From: Phoronis australis
Lineage: Eukaryota; Animalia; Phoronida
Assembly: GCA_002633005.1 (NCBI GenBank)
Contig: NMRA01000543.1
Location: 25,188 to 89,187, forward strand
DNA length: 64,000 bases
Direction of reading: 5' to 3'
Shown here: piece after piece, positions 52,701 to 64,000 of the stretch
Layout of the letters: each line of letters begins with the position of its first letter
Numbering within the stretch: position 1 is the first letter of the stretch
The notes under the pieces: model-generated
Databases searched by the model: none
The model's input: the letters and a program-made list of their open reading frames with translations, nothing else
Told to the model about the DNA's origin: nothing
Made by a program: the position numbers and the translations under genes

Positions 52701-53149
52701 GTTATTTGAAAGAGCCTGTTTGCCCACTTTTTTCTTTGTTCAAATTTTTCTCTTTTGCCCATGTAAATGGAAAGACAATATGTGTCGAGGGAGACAAATG
52801 TGAGAGAAACCCTCTGGTCAACTGGAACCATCCCATTCGCTCCGAGATCGACACCAGTTATACTCAGGCACATTTATCCCAAGTAGGCGGCCATTGTGCT
52901 TACACGTGCACCTCCTTCGACCTCATTTAACCTCCCCCCTCTCTGGCAACAGTTTTTCATTGGCCCCACACCTCTATTGTCGCTTGGGCAGGTACCTGGG
53001 AATAAAAACATTTTTGGGGAGGTGTGCAGATTCGTCACTCATTACCTACCCGTTTTGCCTGTGTGGCGCCAAAGTAAGCTATCTCCATATCGTCACAAGC
53101 AAGCGTTCTGCATTTTGTGCCTGAGCCTTCTATCCCGGTATCTTACGGA

Positions 53150-53650
53150 TGTTGCAGGATGAGTATACGCAACTGGGTACATACCCAGTCAGCTGCCCAG
53201 TGGGCATCACTTAACTCCTGCAGAGAGACCAAGGAGAATTTTCCCAACGTGGTCGAACCAAAAGGTTCAAAAAGCCTTCTGAGTCTAGATAGATTGGGTA
53301 TAAGACACGTCATTCAAATTTTGACTGGCCACTGCAACCTACCCCGACACAGACACATTACTGGGCATATGGGGAGCCCTGTGTGTCCTGAGTGTGGTAC
53401 TGACGTAGAATCTCCTAACACCTGGTAGAGTCTTGCCCAGCTTTTTATAGGCTAAGGAGCAATCTGTTGGATGGCACTGTTACATGCCTACAACATATAG
53501 TGCATGGCAACAAATGGAAACGTCTGCCGTATTCCTAAAGGAGACTGGCAGACTTGAAAACTTTCTTCACGAGGAGCCATAATTGGGCTCTCGTGCTTTT
53601 GCTTAGGTGTTTTGTGCAATGGGCCCAACCATGAGGCCTGCGCACGTCTG
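53150..53650 (+). mobile_element. 3' fragment of an I/LOA/R1-group LINE (C-terminal zinc-finger region)
   Basis: QILTGHCNLPRHRHITGHMGSPVCPECGTDVESPN then frameshifted H...CPA..RL, matching the LTGH..L..H...C..C...H...CP pattern of I-group ORF2 C-termini. Confidence 0.7.
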
Positions 53651-55665
53651 ATGCACCGCAAATAACATCAGACCACCGGCACTGTTTTATCTTTTTATAT
53701 CGTCACCGCTTCAGCCATCCCCTCCTGGTCGTCGCCGCCAACTATAGCGGGCAACCCCTCGCCGTGTGATGTGCCGGCTTTTTTCAGATGGGCGGGGGAA
53801 ACTCCTTGCAGGACCCGCTGTGCTTCAACAAAATTTCATGAGAATGTAAATTTTTAGAAATGGGGAAGTTTCGCATTTAGGGTCTGATATTGACAATCAG
53901 GGTCTTTTAGCCAGTTTGTGAACCGGGTATCACATGAGAAGTCAGTCTTGCAAACATTTGACCTGTTTTGGTAGAGATCATTCTCGGCGAATAGAATGGC
54001 ACGCCGCTATCTAGACAGTCAACTCGCTCAACCCTGTCTTAAACAAAAAACGAACTCTCAGTTCCTTCCAAGCTCGCAAGTCACATCTATTTTGACAAAA
54101 GTTGTATTTAGTGACTAAAGGCAGGGACATATCCGCGTAACTAACAAGTTAAATACAATCCTTAAAGGGAACACAACTGGTGCTAATATCAGTACGTCTA
54201 TACATTATCTCTGGCCAATTACATCTTCATAAACACCACCCTCATATCATGCTTCTGAAACCTGACACCGAGCTTTGCACGTGATCGCAGGCAGGCCCGG
54301 GCGTAGCACTTAGGCGGGCCTCAGCCAAATAAGACACAAGACAATGTCAATAACTGACATTCAACATTTGCGTCGAGTTTGGAGTTTATAATGTGGAGAA
54401 CACTGCACATAGGTCTCTTAGTGCATGCCTAAACTTCTCATTTACAATTGCAGCAGAACAAATGCACAAAAACCAAAAGTCACTTTTTTCCTAAAATACT
54501 GTTACATGATTTTTAACAACCAGGAACGTCAGTGCATTCATGAAGAACGACCAGGGTAATTGAGGGGTTTGTTGACTAATTTTGCCCGGAAATCCCTGCA
54601 TGGTTGTCTGAAGTCGTAGATCAAGAGTCTCGCCAGGTGATTCCATAACAAACAAAAATGACAAAATGAAAATGAAGCAATGAAATTAGGCTACATCACT
54701 CAATCAGAACTCAGTCAAGCAGTCAACTGGAATTCATAGTACAAAATCACACAGCCAGTCCAGTGAAATCTCGGGGTCACATGCCCCAACACAAGAACGG
54801 AATGGGAGTTGGCATTCTATGTTTAGAGTTCCATTATGTACAACACAAATGCACAATCTGCAACTAGAGAACATCAGGTCAAAATGGGTGCTAACTCTAA
54901 TGTTATTTTTGGACAAGTTTTGCTTATTTAAAGCTAATTTTCATCATACATCCACTACTAGAATCAAGCTAACATATTGACACTGGGGTAGGTTTACATG
55001 AAATTAATTCTAAATTGATAGTTACAAGCAGTTTTCATTGATTTTTTCCAACTTTTCATTACACCTTGCCCACAATCAACACCAGCTCAGAAGTGACACA
55101 CTTTCAAAACAGCATATACATGCACTTCTGCCTTCTAAGATAAGATATGTGACCTGCGCCTGCCATTGGTCATTTGCTCATGATGGAACGTGGGTCCAAA
55201 GGAAAGTTGGTACCAAGGTTGTAAATGACAGCAGTTGTATGAGTAAGGTGGTAAAGTGAGTAAAGTGACTACAGTCTCACCGTGGAGGAGGACGCTGTCA
55301 CTGCTGAGGATTATATTTCAAGTGAGTTACATTTTAACATCTACTATTAAATGTCACTGTTTTTATATCATGCATGCATTGCTAATCAAAGATTTTTACA
55401 TAGTAATAAATAGAATTGATTAACTTTAGTTTCGTAAATATTTGGTAACTGCAAAGACTTGCTGTTTAGGTTAAGAACTTCAGGCCAATTATCACCGAAA
55501 CTACAAACTTCCCTACTAGTAGTCCACCAAATTGTGTCCTCAATTCGTGGGATTTTAACTATCATTTTATACAATATATGAATATTACAATCGACATCCC
55601 AAATGATTCTAATATGCTGGACTTACAAAAATGGTGGTTGCAATTTGTTAGTCAGATGGATGAAA

Positions 55666-56220
55666 NNNNNNNNNNNNNNNNNNNNNNNNNNNNNNNNNNN
55701 NNNNNNNNNNNNNNNNNNNNNNNNNNNNNNNNNNNNNNNNNNNNNNNNNNNNNNNNNNNNNNNNNNNNNNNNNNNNNNNNNNNNNNNNNNNNNNNNNNNN
55801 NNNNNNNNNNNNNNNNNNNNNNNNNNNNNNNNNNNNNNNNNNNNNNNNNNNNNNNNNNNNNNNNNNNNNNNNNNNNNNNNNNNNNNNNNNNNNNNNNNNN
55901 NNNNNNNNNNNNNNNNNNNNNNNNNNNNNNNNNNNNNNNNNNNNNNNNNNNNNNNNNNNNNNNNNNNNNNNNNNNNNNNNNNNNNNNNNNNNNNNNNNNN
56001 NNNNNNNNNNNNNNNNNNNNNNNNNNNNNNNNNNNNNNNNNNNNNNNNNNNNNNNNNNNNNNNNNNNNNNNNNNNNNNNNNNNNNNNNNNNNNNNNNNNN
56101 NNNNNNNNNNNNNNNNNNNNNNNNNNNNNNNNNNNNNNNNNNNNNNNNNNNNNNNNNNNNNNNNNNNNNNNNNNNNNNNNNNNNNNNNNNNNNNNNNNNN
56201 NNNNNNNNNNNNNNNNNNNN
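55666..56220. other. Assembly gap (N run)
   Basis: Run of N; ORFs 55578..56225 and 55603..56229 are artefacts of it. Confidence 0.99.
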
Positions 56221-56899
56221 GATGAATAAATGTTACGTTTGGAAAATTAAGTCGATTTGCTGAAGCCGAGAAAAAGTCAATTATGTGGCGACATGTGGAA
56301 ATCTCAAGGCCAAGTCAAAGATTAACATGTAATTACTTCTGGGCAGAAAAAAATTGACATGGGTCTCGAAAAGCCTGGGTAACATTTTGATGTGCCAATG
56401 AATATTTGCCTACAGTACAATACCATTCTACACCCCTACATGTGCGTAGGAATTTCCGATAGCCTGACTGAATTGAAGTCAACATTTTCAAAGTATAATT
56501 ACATCATTGTTTAAATCATACAACTAGGAAACTGATTATATTCTGTGGACAAAGGTCTGACCTTTCTACTGGCAGTATATTGTTATTTTCTTCTCAGTTA
56601 AACAGTACTTCTGCAATTACTAAATTGGAACACTACGACAAATTGTTGTTTGTCTTCCTGATGCCATGAAGTGTCATACACCCATTGTGTGCATCACAAA
56701 CAAAACAAATGCAAGAGGACATCACTATTTTAAACAATTCCACTGAACGGAATAATGCTAATAAACTTAATAACAGACTCTAAGGCAAGCAAAGCAAGTC
56801 AGAAATGATCTCTTCAATAAAAACATACCTGCCACCTTCAATCATGATTCTTTAAGAAGTTAAGATGACAGGAAGGCAGACAGCAAAGGACACAAAAGC

Positions 56900-58430
56900 A
56901 GCAGAAAGACCACTAGGGGGCGCAATGTAGGTCACGTGCATTTGAAACGGGGGCCTGTGCTGGTGTCTACGCAATAGTAATTAACTTGCAAAATTTCATG
57001 AACATTTATCAGGGAACTTGGTAGATATCAAGGTGAACACAAAGAAGAACAAAATTGCAGCTAGGTGATGCAGCAGTAGTCAGAGTTGTCCCAAAATCCC
57101 TGCCGGTTGTGCCCTCCTCAATGGAAACAGAAGCAAATTTCATGAAGTTCCATCAAGGACTTGAATTGAGCCACAAACAAAAATTAGAATTGCCAGAAGG
57201 GGGTGACATGGCAATTGGACACGTTCAAAAATCATCGTTACCTGGGAACTTCCATGTAGGAAGACACGTGTTAATTTTCATCATGATTCTAAGAGTTGTT
57301 TGACAGATAGAGAGGCAGACACCAAAACCACAGTCTTGAAAATACTACAAATGGCCACTACATGGCATACAATACATCCAATCCATCTCGAAATGGGAGA
57401 GTGTGATCATCTTTTTAATAGAAACCTATTGGCCATGTTCCATAAAAATCCATCAAGGAACTGTGGGGGGAAGATTCAACGGAAATGGGATCTGTCCGAC
57501 GGCCGTCATCCTGCGTTGCCACGTTACTAGAAAAGCATCAATCAATTTCAACAAGGATCCTGCAAGGAAATACAACCTTGGACGAGAAAAAAAACAGAAT
57601 TGCAACTAGGGGGTGTTACAGCAGTTGAAGCCGTCCAAAAAACATCATCAGTTGTGTTGTTACCCGTAGAAAAACATAAAACAATTGTTCGTAACAATCA
57701 TTAGTCACAGTAGTTTGTCAGATACAGAGACAAGTGTCAAAAACAGACTCGAATATAATAAAAATAGCCACGAGGAGAGCAATACATCGGCTCTACCTGA
57801 AATGGGACAATGTCATCGTCTATTTCATAGATACGTTATTATGAAATTTCACGAACATCCATCAAGGAGCTTAGAAAATACAGAGGAAAAAGGTAAAAAC
57901 TAGGGTCCACAGTGGCTGTTTGATCCTTCTGGAAGTCGTCATCTGTTGTCACTTTCACAGAAATTCCTTTCACCAAAATGTTAAAAAGTTCATGAAAGGT
58001 TTTCACGAGATACCACATTAGACGAAAATAAAAGTGCCACGAGGAGGCACCACAGTGTATGGAGACATCTATAAATCATCGTCAGCTATCTGCATCCTGT
58101 GAATTAAAGTAGTTTTGCTGATAGAAGGGCTGTCACCAAAAAATCGTAAAAAATAAGAACGGTAGCTACTTAGCGCAGAATACATTGAATACATACAAAG
58201 ACAAGAAGGCTATTTGTCAAATTTCATGAAAATTATCAAGGAACTAGGAGGATACATAAAAAATGAGACCGACACTAGGGGGCACACAGGATCCATCTAA
58301 TTTACTCATGCCGTCCCATCCAGGATACAAATGTGTCTGCAAAACTTCATGAACATCCACCGAGAGGTTTTAAAGACACAACAGCAGACTATTGACCAAC
58401 ACACCAGGATGAGAACATAACAACACACGG
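56900..58430 (-). mobile_element. Old, diverged HINE-like internal tandem array (~150-bp units)
   Basis: Periodic CCACTAGGGGGC-like and AAATTTCATGAA(C/A)ATC..TCAAGGA motifs at roughly 150-bp spacing, related to the units inside 59427-60503. Confidence 0.6.
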
Positions 58431-58778
58431 AAACTAAAGCTGCTGAATCCTTAGTCTTTTTTATCATTTTTGATTGATTTTGAATAGATTGGAATTGAAA
58501 CTTTACAAGATTTTAATATTTACAACAAACATGACTATTTTTAATCACCAATGATGAACGTAGACAGTCATACGAGCACAGCTCACGTGGATCAAATTTT
58601 CTGCGGTAATTTTATGGAAAGCAAGACCACGCCACCAGGGATACTTTTGTACCCAGATCAAAGACAAATGTTTCATTGCAACGATCACAAATAAAGGATT
58701 CTCTTAAAATTAAAGTTTCACTGCCTTCTTCGCCAAACTCATATCCAGCACCTTTATATGTACAAACAGTCTACTTAC

Positions 58779-61700
58779 TCTCTCAGGATGCGCACTACGC
58801 TACTTCTAGATGGTCCGGCCAGGGAATCAAACACTAAGATACAAGGTCTGAAAATACAACAGGAACAGTTCAGGATGCTGCAGCTATACAACAGGTGGCG
58901 CTCATTTCACATTTTCAGCTTACTCCATCACTCACTGTCTATACAACTATAAGGGTTTGGAGTCCATTCGAAATGAAACTAAACATTCCTTGTTTGGCAT
59001 TTTCCGTTCCCCTTTTGTCCAAACACCAAATAAGTATCCATTATTCTATGCTCGGGCAAATGATGGTTTTCACTGATGACATTCTAGTGCCAGTTCGCAC
59101 TGACCCTATAAGTTCAAATCTGAACTCAAATTCTTAAGTTTTTGAGTTTGTGGCTCATATTTAGGGGTCATCTAGCAATGAACTTGGAATAAAAACTCAT
59201 TAGACTAAACCATAAATATATTCCCGCACATGACAAAAGACACTTACGTTGAGTTTGCACTAAAGTAGAAGGAAAAATATAAAAAATAATTTCGAGCAAA
59301 CAGATTAGATCTCGAGCCCTGATCGCAGTCATCGGAAAATTCAGACGGCATATAGGTTTACAACTCTAGTTCAAGCTATTAACTTACGAACATCAAGAAG
59401 CCTATCCAAACCAACAGTAATAGCAAACAAGAGCAACGCAGAGCGTTGAAATGCGCCCACAATTGCACCGCAAACGGTATCCTTCTAGGGTTGTTTATTG
59501 GTACCATAAAGTGGCCAGTAGAGGGCATATATGTATGTTGTACTTAGCAAAATGGAAAGGCGTGAACATTGTCTCCTCAATAGGCTAGGGGCAAAATGTG
59601 AGTAATCTTCATAATACAAGCACATCCTATACACCAGTTGCTTAAAGCACCACAGAAACATAGAATTAAAAACAAATTTACCAACATACGAGATTAGCAC
59701 AGCATTAGAATGCCAGAAACAAATTTCTACTTGGAACTTTTCCTTCACAGTCACGAAGTAACACAAAGTATACACCTGAAGACCTATGAAAATACAGAGG
59801 TCAATGTAAAATACTAAAATTGCCACTAGAGGCAAATACTAAAATTGCCACTAGAGGCATACCGGTAATCAGAATCATCCTAAAGTCGTCATCGTCCGTT
59901 GTCAACATCACATAAATACACTTGCTAAATTTAGTAAAGATCCTGCGAACGGTTTGGGAGATACAGCCATGGGTGCAAAAAAACAAAACTGCCACTAGGA
60001 GGCGCCACAGTAGTCCAAATCGTCTGAAAATCATTGTCAGCTGTCTTCCTTATAGTAAGCACATACACGCCAATTTTCACAATCATCCTTTGAGCGGTTT
60101 GGTTGATAGAGGGGTGGACGCAAAAATACAGACTCGAAAACAGTAAAAATGGCCACTAGGTGGCGCAAACTACGTCGAATCCATCTGAAAACAGTAGGAT
60201 AGCGTCATCTCACTAATAGGTGCCTACATACCAAATTTCATGAAAATCCGTTCAATACTTTTGAAGATACAAAGGTAAGCGTAAAAAACTAAAATTGCCA
60301 CTAGGGGGCACACCGGTAGTCGGATCCGTCCGAAAGTTCGCACATGCCGTCCCATTCATGAATGGAACATATGTGCCAAATTTCATGAACGTATGTCAAA
60401 GGGTTTTGGAGATAGAGCAGTGGACGCCGGACGCCGCCCAGACGGACGGACGGACAGAGATGACGGCATAATGCGTCCACATATAAATATGTGGGCGCAT
60501 AAAAATGCATTTTACAGTCGTAAAACGGACAATGCCCCTTAAATAAAACAGGAACGTTTAACCAGTGACACAATTAGCCAAAAGTTGGAGAAAATGCACA
60601 AAATGGACGTTCAATTGAAACAAGAGAAACATGGCAATGAACTCACTGTTTTTTAATTCCACCAACGACAACCGGCGCAGCACCAGGGGGCGTGGCTCTG
60701 TCAGATTCGCTGTCCACCACCGCTTCTTCCTGAAACGACGAATCATTGAAAATCTTTCACCACTTATCAAACTGAATCAATAATTGTCAGACACCAGAAG
60801 TCTGAACAGTTTCATTCAGGGTTAATTTCAGAGTGTACAGACTGAAGGCCACACATACTCGAGGCAATTTCCAACTACCCGAAGCCCACTAAGTATCACA
60901 GTGAGACAACTCAAAGGCAATTCCCAATTCACTAGATGGCGCTAACGAGGCATTCATGGGCTGAGGTCCCACAAGACCAGTATGTAAGCAATCAGTGTGG
61001 CCTAGTGGGATAAGTATCTTCTCCTTTACTCAAGGTCGTGGTTTCAAGTACAACTGGGGCACACTCCTAGACCCGTGAGTCAGGTTTCTAGCTCCTTAGC
61101 TCAGTTTTGTACATATGAGCAGTGCAATGGGCTCACATAAGCAGCCAGTGCACATCTTGTACCAGACTGCCTACAATTAAATTTATATTACGGATGTATT
61201 TCTACTGGGAGGCCTTCCAAATTTATTGTTGAAGTCCTCATTTGCTCAGCCTAGATGAACAATCAACTGTATTAATACCACCGCCCCCTTTCGGAAAGAA
61301 AAGATTTAAGTAGGAAACTTTGTCTTATACTCCCAACTTGATATTACTGAATAGATTTTTTTCTGTAGAATTGTTCACACATCACTGTTCAACAACATGG
61401 TATGTAAACTCCTCAAGTAATTGGCAACTATAGTTTTCGGAGATTTTGAACGTTGTGAGAAGCATAAGATCAAATTTTTTATCTGAGCCTCGAGTGACTT
61501 GAGTTATTTTTTGATGAAGCATAAAAACAGGCTTTATGAACTCTTTCAATGCCAATTATCTAGCAAGAGACAGAAAATTTGGGCAAGCAAACAAAAAACT
61601 ATAAAACCGTTGTCGTTTGCTAACTGGATCTTGAAAATTCTGAATGGTTCTGAATGCTTACGTACATCATTGGACCGTTAAAAATCTGCTTCAGAGTCAG

Positions 61701-63955
61701 GGCTTGGAATGACCAATGACAAAAAGAGCAAAATTTTCCAGGTGATGTATTGTTCCAAAAATAAATATGTTTTTGTGATAGAAACATTTCTAATTTAAAA
61801 TTTAACTGAAATAAATTTTTTTGCATGAATAAAGTCAAAATAATGATAAAAAGAGACACAAAAAAGAGGAAACTGGAAATCAAACAAGAGGAAATTGACA
61901 CCAAAAATGAGGAAATCCTCTTAAAAGAGGAAAATTTCAAGCCCCGCTGAGTACAAAACAGGAACAATTTGCGACAAAGCATTGCCGACAGAATTTCCAG
62001 CTGCCACAGCTTTGATCTTAGCAGTCAAAACAAATCGCTATAAATTTTCTGCCAAATGAACGACTAAAATAAAGCAGTCGTATAATGCCATATCTGCTAT
62101 TAGCACCCCCGTTTGAACAGCTAAAAATTATGAATTTAAACCGGAGAGAGGTACCATAGATGGCATAAGGCGACTTTTGCATTCAGGTGGGACGCATGTG
62201 AAGTCGCAAAAAGACAACATTGGCACACATTCAAGTTGCGTGTGAAGCCAAGAGGCGGCATTGGCAGTGTCTAAAAGTCTGACTGTGCAGCAAAAGTACA
62301 CAACTTAATGAAAAACATAACGAACAACCCGTCTACAAATGCCAAACATGAGCCATTCACTCACTTGGTCCTCAACATCTTCCTCAGGCTGCAATTCACT
62401 GGTCACAGTGACATCTAGTGTCTCGTCATCAAGACGTGTGTCACAATTAGCACCATTTGTTTGACTACCACCATCTCCTCTCGACATCTTGCTGACAACT
62501 TTAGCCTTGCTCAGTTCGTTCACATCACCACAAACATCACCAGCCTCGTGCTTAGATGTGTCTGCGCTACACGCTTCGGTTGAGTTGTTCAGCTCAACTG
62601 CGTCATTCGTAGATTGTTCTAGACTGTCTCCACACTCGCTCTGGTGCGAACTCTGGGGTGAGTCTTCAGTTTCGTCGCCATACACGGACTGCAGTGCCAA
62701 CAGACTGGAGGCATTATGGTAAACAGGGCAATGTAGACCGGGGAAGCAGATTATGGCCAAGAACCAGTGGGCACTAGAAAAAGAAAAAGCAATGAAGAAT
62801 GCACCATTGCCAGAAATACGATAAAACCACAACAAAAATGTTTTTAATATCACACAAAACTAGTCGCATCTATTCAATCCACAATATGGCAGAAACACTG
62901 TCTATTTTGGTGATTCTTTGTACGTGAACTAACAGAAGCACTGCTGTAATTGTCGCCATTGAGTTTTTGTTCAAAGGAAACTACCTAAAGATTAATTAAT
63001 TACAGAAGAACAGAGCAAACCATCTTCATCTTCATGAATGTTTACTATTTCGTGTAGAAGAATTGGTTGGAGAGTATAATTACACTACACTAAAGTGCTT
63101 CCTAAAGTTCAGAAGCATGGTCCGATACAAACTCCTTGCAGAAACAAAACATAATAACCTTAGCAACACTTCTTTCTACAAAAAATTAGGCATGTTATTA
63201 GTGTAGGCGAAAAACCTTGGTGTAATTTGAAATTTAAAAAATGCAAACAAAATCAGCATAACTGTTGCAATTAGTCAAAAGAAATACTGATAATAACTAA
63301 TAAAAATACATACTGAAAAGCAAGCAATGCTAGCGTGACAGCAGCTTAACTCAAAGTAACTTCTAGGCAAAGTAAACCAGCAAATATGTCAAGAGGAAAA
63401 ATGAAAACTAAAACTTACTGTTCATTTATAGGAATTATGATGAAATCTTTCTCAAAGATATCGATTTGACGAGTCCAGGTTTTCACTTTACAATGGCGTC
63501 GTTGAGGTAAACTAAAAACACACATAGTTAGGCAATTTGCAAACAGCTCCACTTAGCGAGAATTAAATAACAAGTTAACATTTTCTACTTCTGTTTCTTT
63601 GACCAGGCACAGGTGTATAGCAGCCGCATGAAATAATCTAAGCTTGTCACAAACGCCATCGTCTACTTAATGTCACGCTGACTGCAAAATTTCAACCCCA
63701 TGGTTCTTTCCAGGAATTTCCAAACTAACTAACCACTTTTCTAAGAAACATTTTTGAACAGCTGTTCCAGTTACAAAACTGTAATCGACCCATTCATTTG
63801 TGTAAAAGTGAACGACTACACGCTAACCATGGCAAGGTTACCTCATGCTCAAGTCCTCTTTGTGTCCTTTGCCTGTGAGACGTTTGTAGAAGAAAGAATT
63901 AAATATGTGTGTCCGCTTCCTGTCATGTTCACTCAGCTTCTCGAGAAACAGATAC
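58779..63955 (-). CDS. SENP6: Sentrin/SUMO-specific protease of the SENP6/SENP7 (Ulp2-like) type; partial, catalytic-domain exons only
   Basis: Minus-strand exons 63842-63955 ([26 protein letters not shown]), 63419-63511 ([27 protein letters not shown]), 62365-62773 ([14 protein letters not shown] plus acidic insert), 60647-60729 (...GGIKKQ), 58779-58847 ([23 protein letters not shown]); GT-AG and in phase. The 5' exons lie beyond the window. The exon with the catalytic Cys (QxNxxDCG) was not found and may lie in the N gap. SENP6 versus SENP7 cannot be resolved. Confidence 0.88.
59427..60503 (-). mobile_element. HINE/Helentron-like element, inverted copy, in SENP intron
   Basis: Reverse complement of 7887-8939 with few substitutions (the spurious ORFs 8396..8797 and 59485..59835 are nearly identical). 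It carries an extra 26-bp tandem duplication at ~59808-59859. Confidence 0.8.
60993..61180 (+). mobile_element. Decayed tRNA-derived SINE candidate
   Basis: A-box-like TGGCCTAGTGG, B-box-like GGTTTCAAGTAC, and a tail gtgcaatgggc resembling the LINE 3' end at ~53614. Confidence 0.35.
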
Positions 63956-64000
63956 CTGCAAGTAACGAGATACCGCAGTCAGGGTGCGTGTCACGGGTGA

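Noticed and set aside
55578-56229. Two >200-aa ORFs
   Set aside because: Composed of X residues from the N gap.
60680-60695. CTCF-like CACCAGGGGGCG
   Set aside because: Lies inside a SENP coding exon (Thr-Pro-Pro-Gly codons) and is explained by coding sequence.

Overview
This is eukaryotic, intron-rich DNA from a draft assembly, most likely an invertebrate animal. It has single-N joins at 3025, 18358 and 43241 and a gap at 55666-56220. Almost all ORFs in the supplied track are spurious or exon fragments, so the genes were spliced by hand from GT/AG sites and reading phase. Four host genes are present. (1) EMC1, ER membrane complex subunit 1 (+): 24 visible exons at 2359-24493, first coding exon not found in the window. 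(2) A two-exon ecdysteroid-kinase-like (EcKL/CHK) gene (-), 28659-30977. (3) A nine-exon type-I acyl-CoA thioesterase / BAAT-family gene (+), 36125-49736, with an Arg-rich presequence and an orphan copy of its last exon upstream (32344-32465). (4) The catalytic-domain exons of a SENP6/7-type SUMO protease (-), 58779-63955, partial at both ends. The non-coding DNA is full of transposon relics: two copies of a TTAA-flanked THAP-bearing Kolobok-like element, at least four Helentron/HINE-like elements, LINE and Penelope fragments, and several MITEs. The leads most worth checking are the HINE-like family carrying phased (~150 bp) CTCF-like motifs, one copy of which directly abuts a splice acceptor; a frame-preserving 27-nt EMC1 microexon; and the orphan thioesterase exon beside a palindromic TE junction. 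I found no convincing wholly new multi-gene system.
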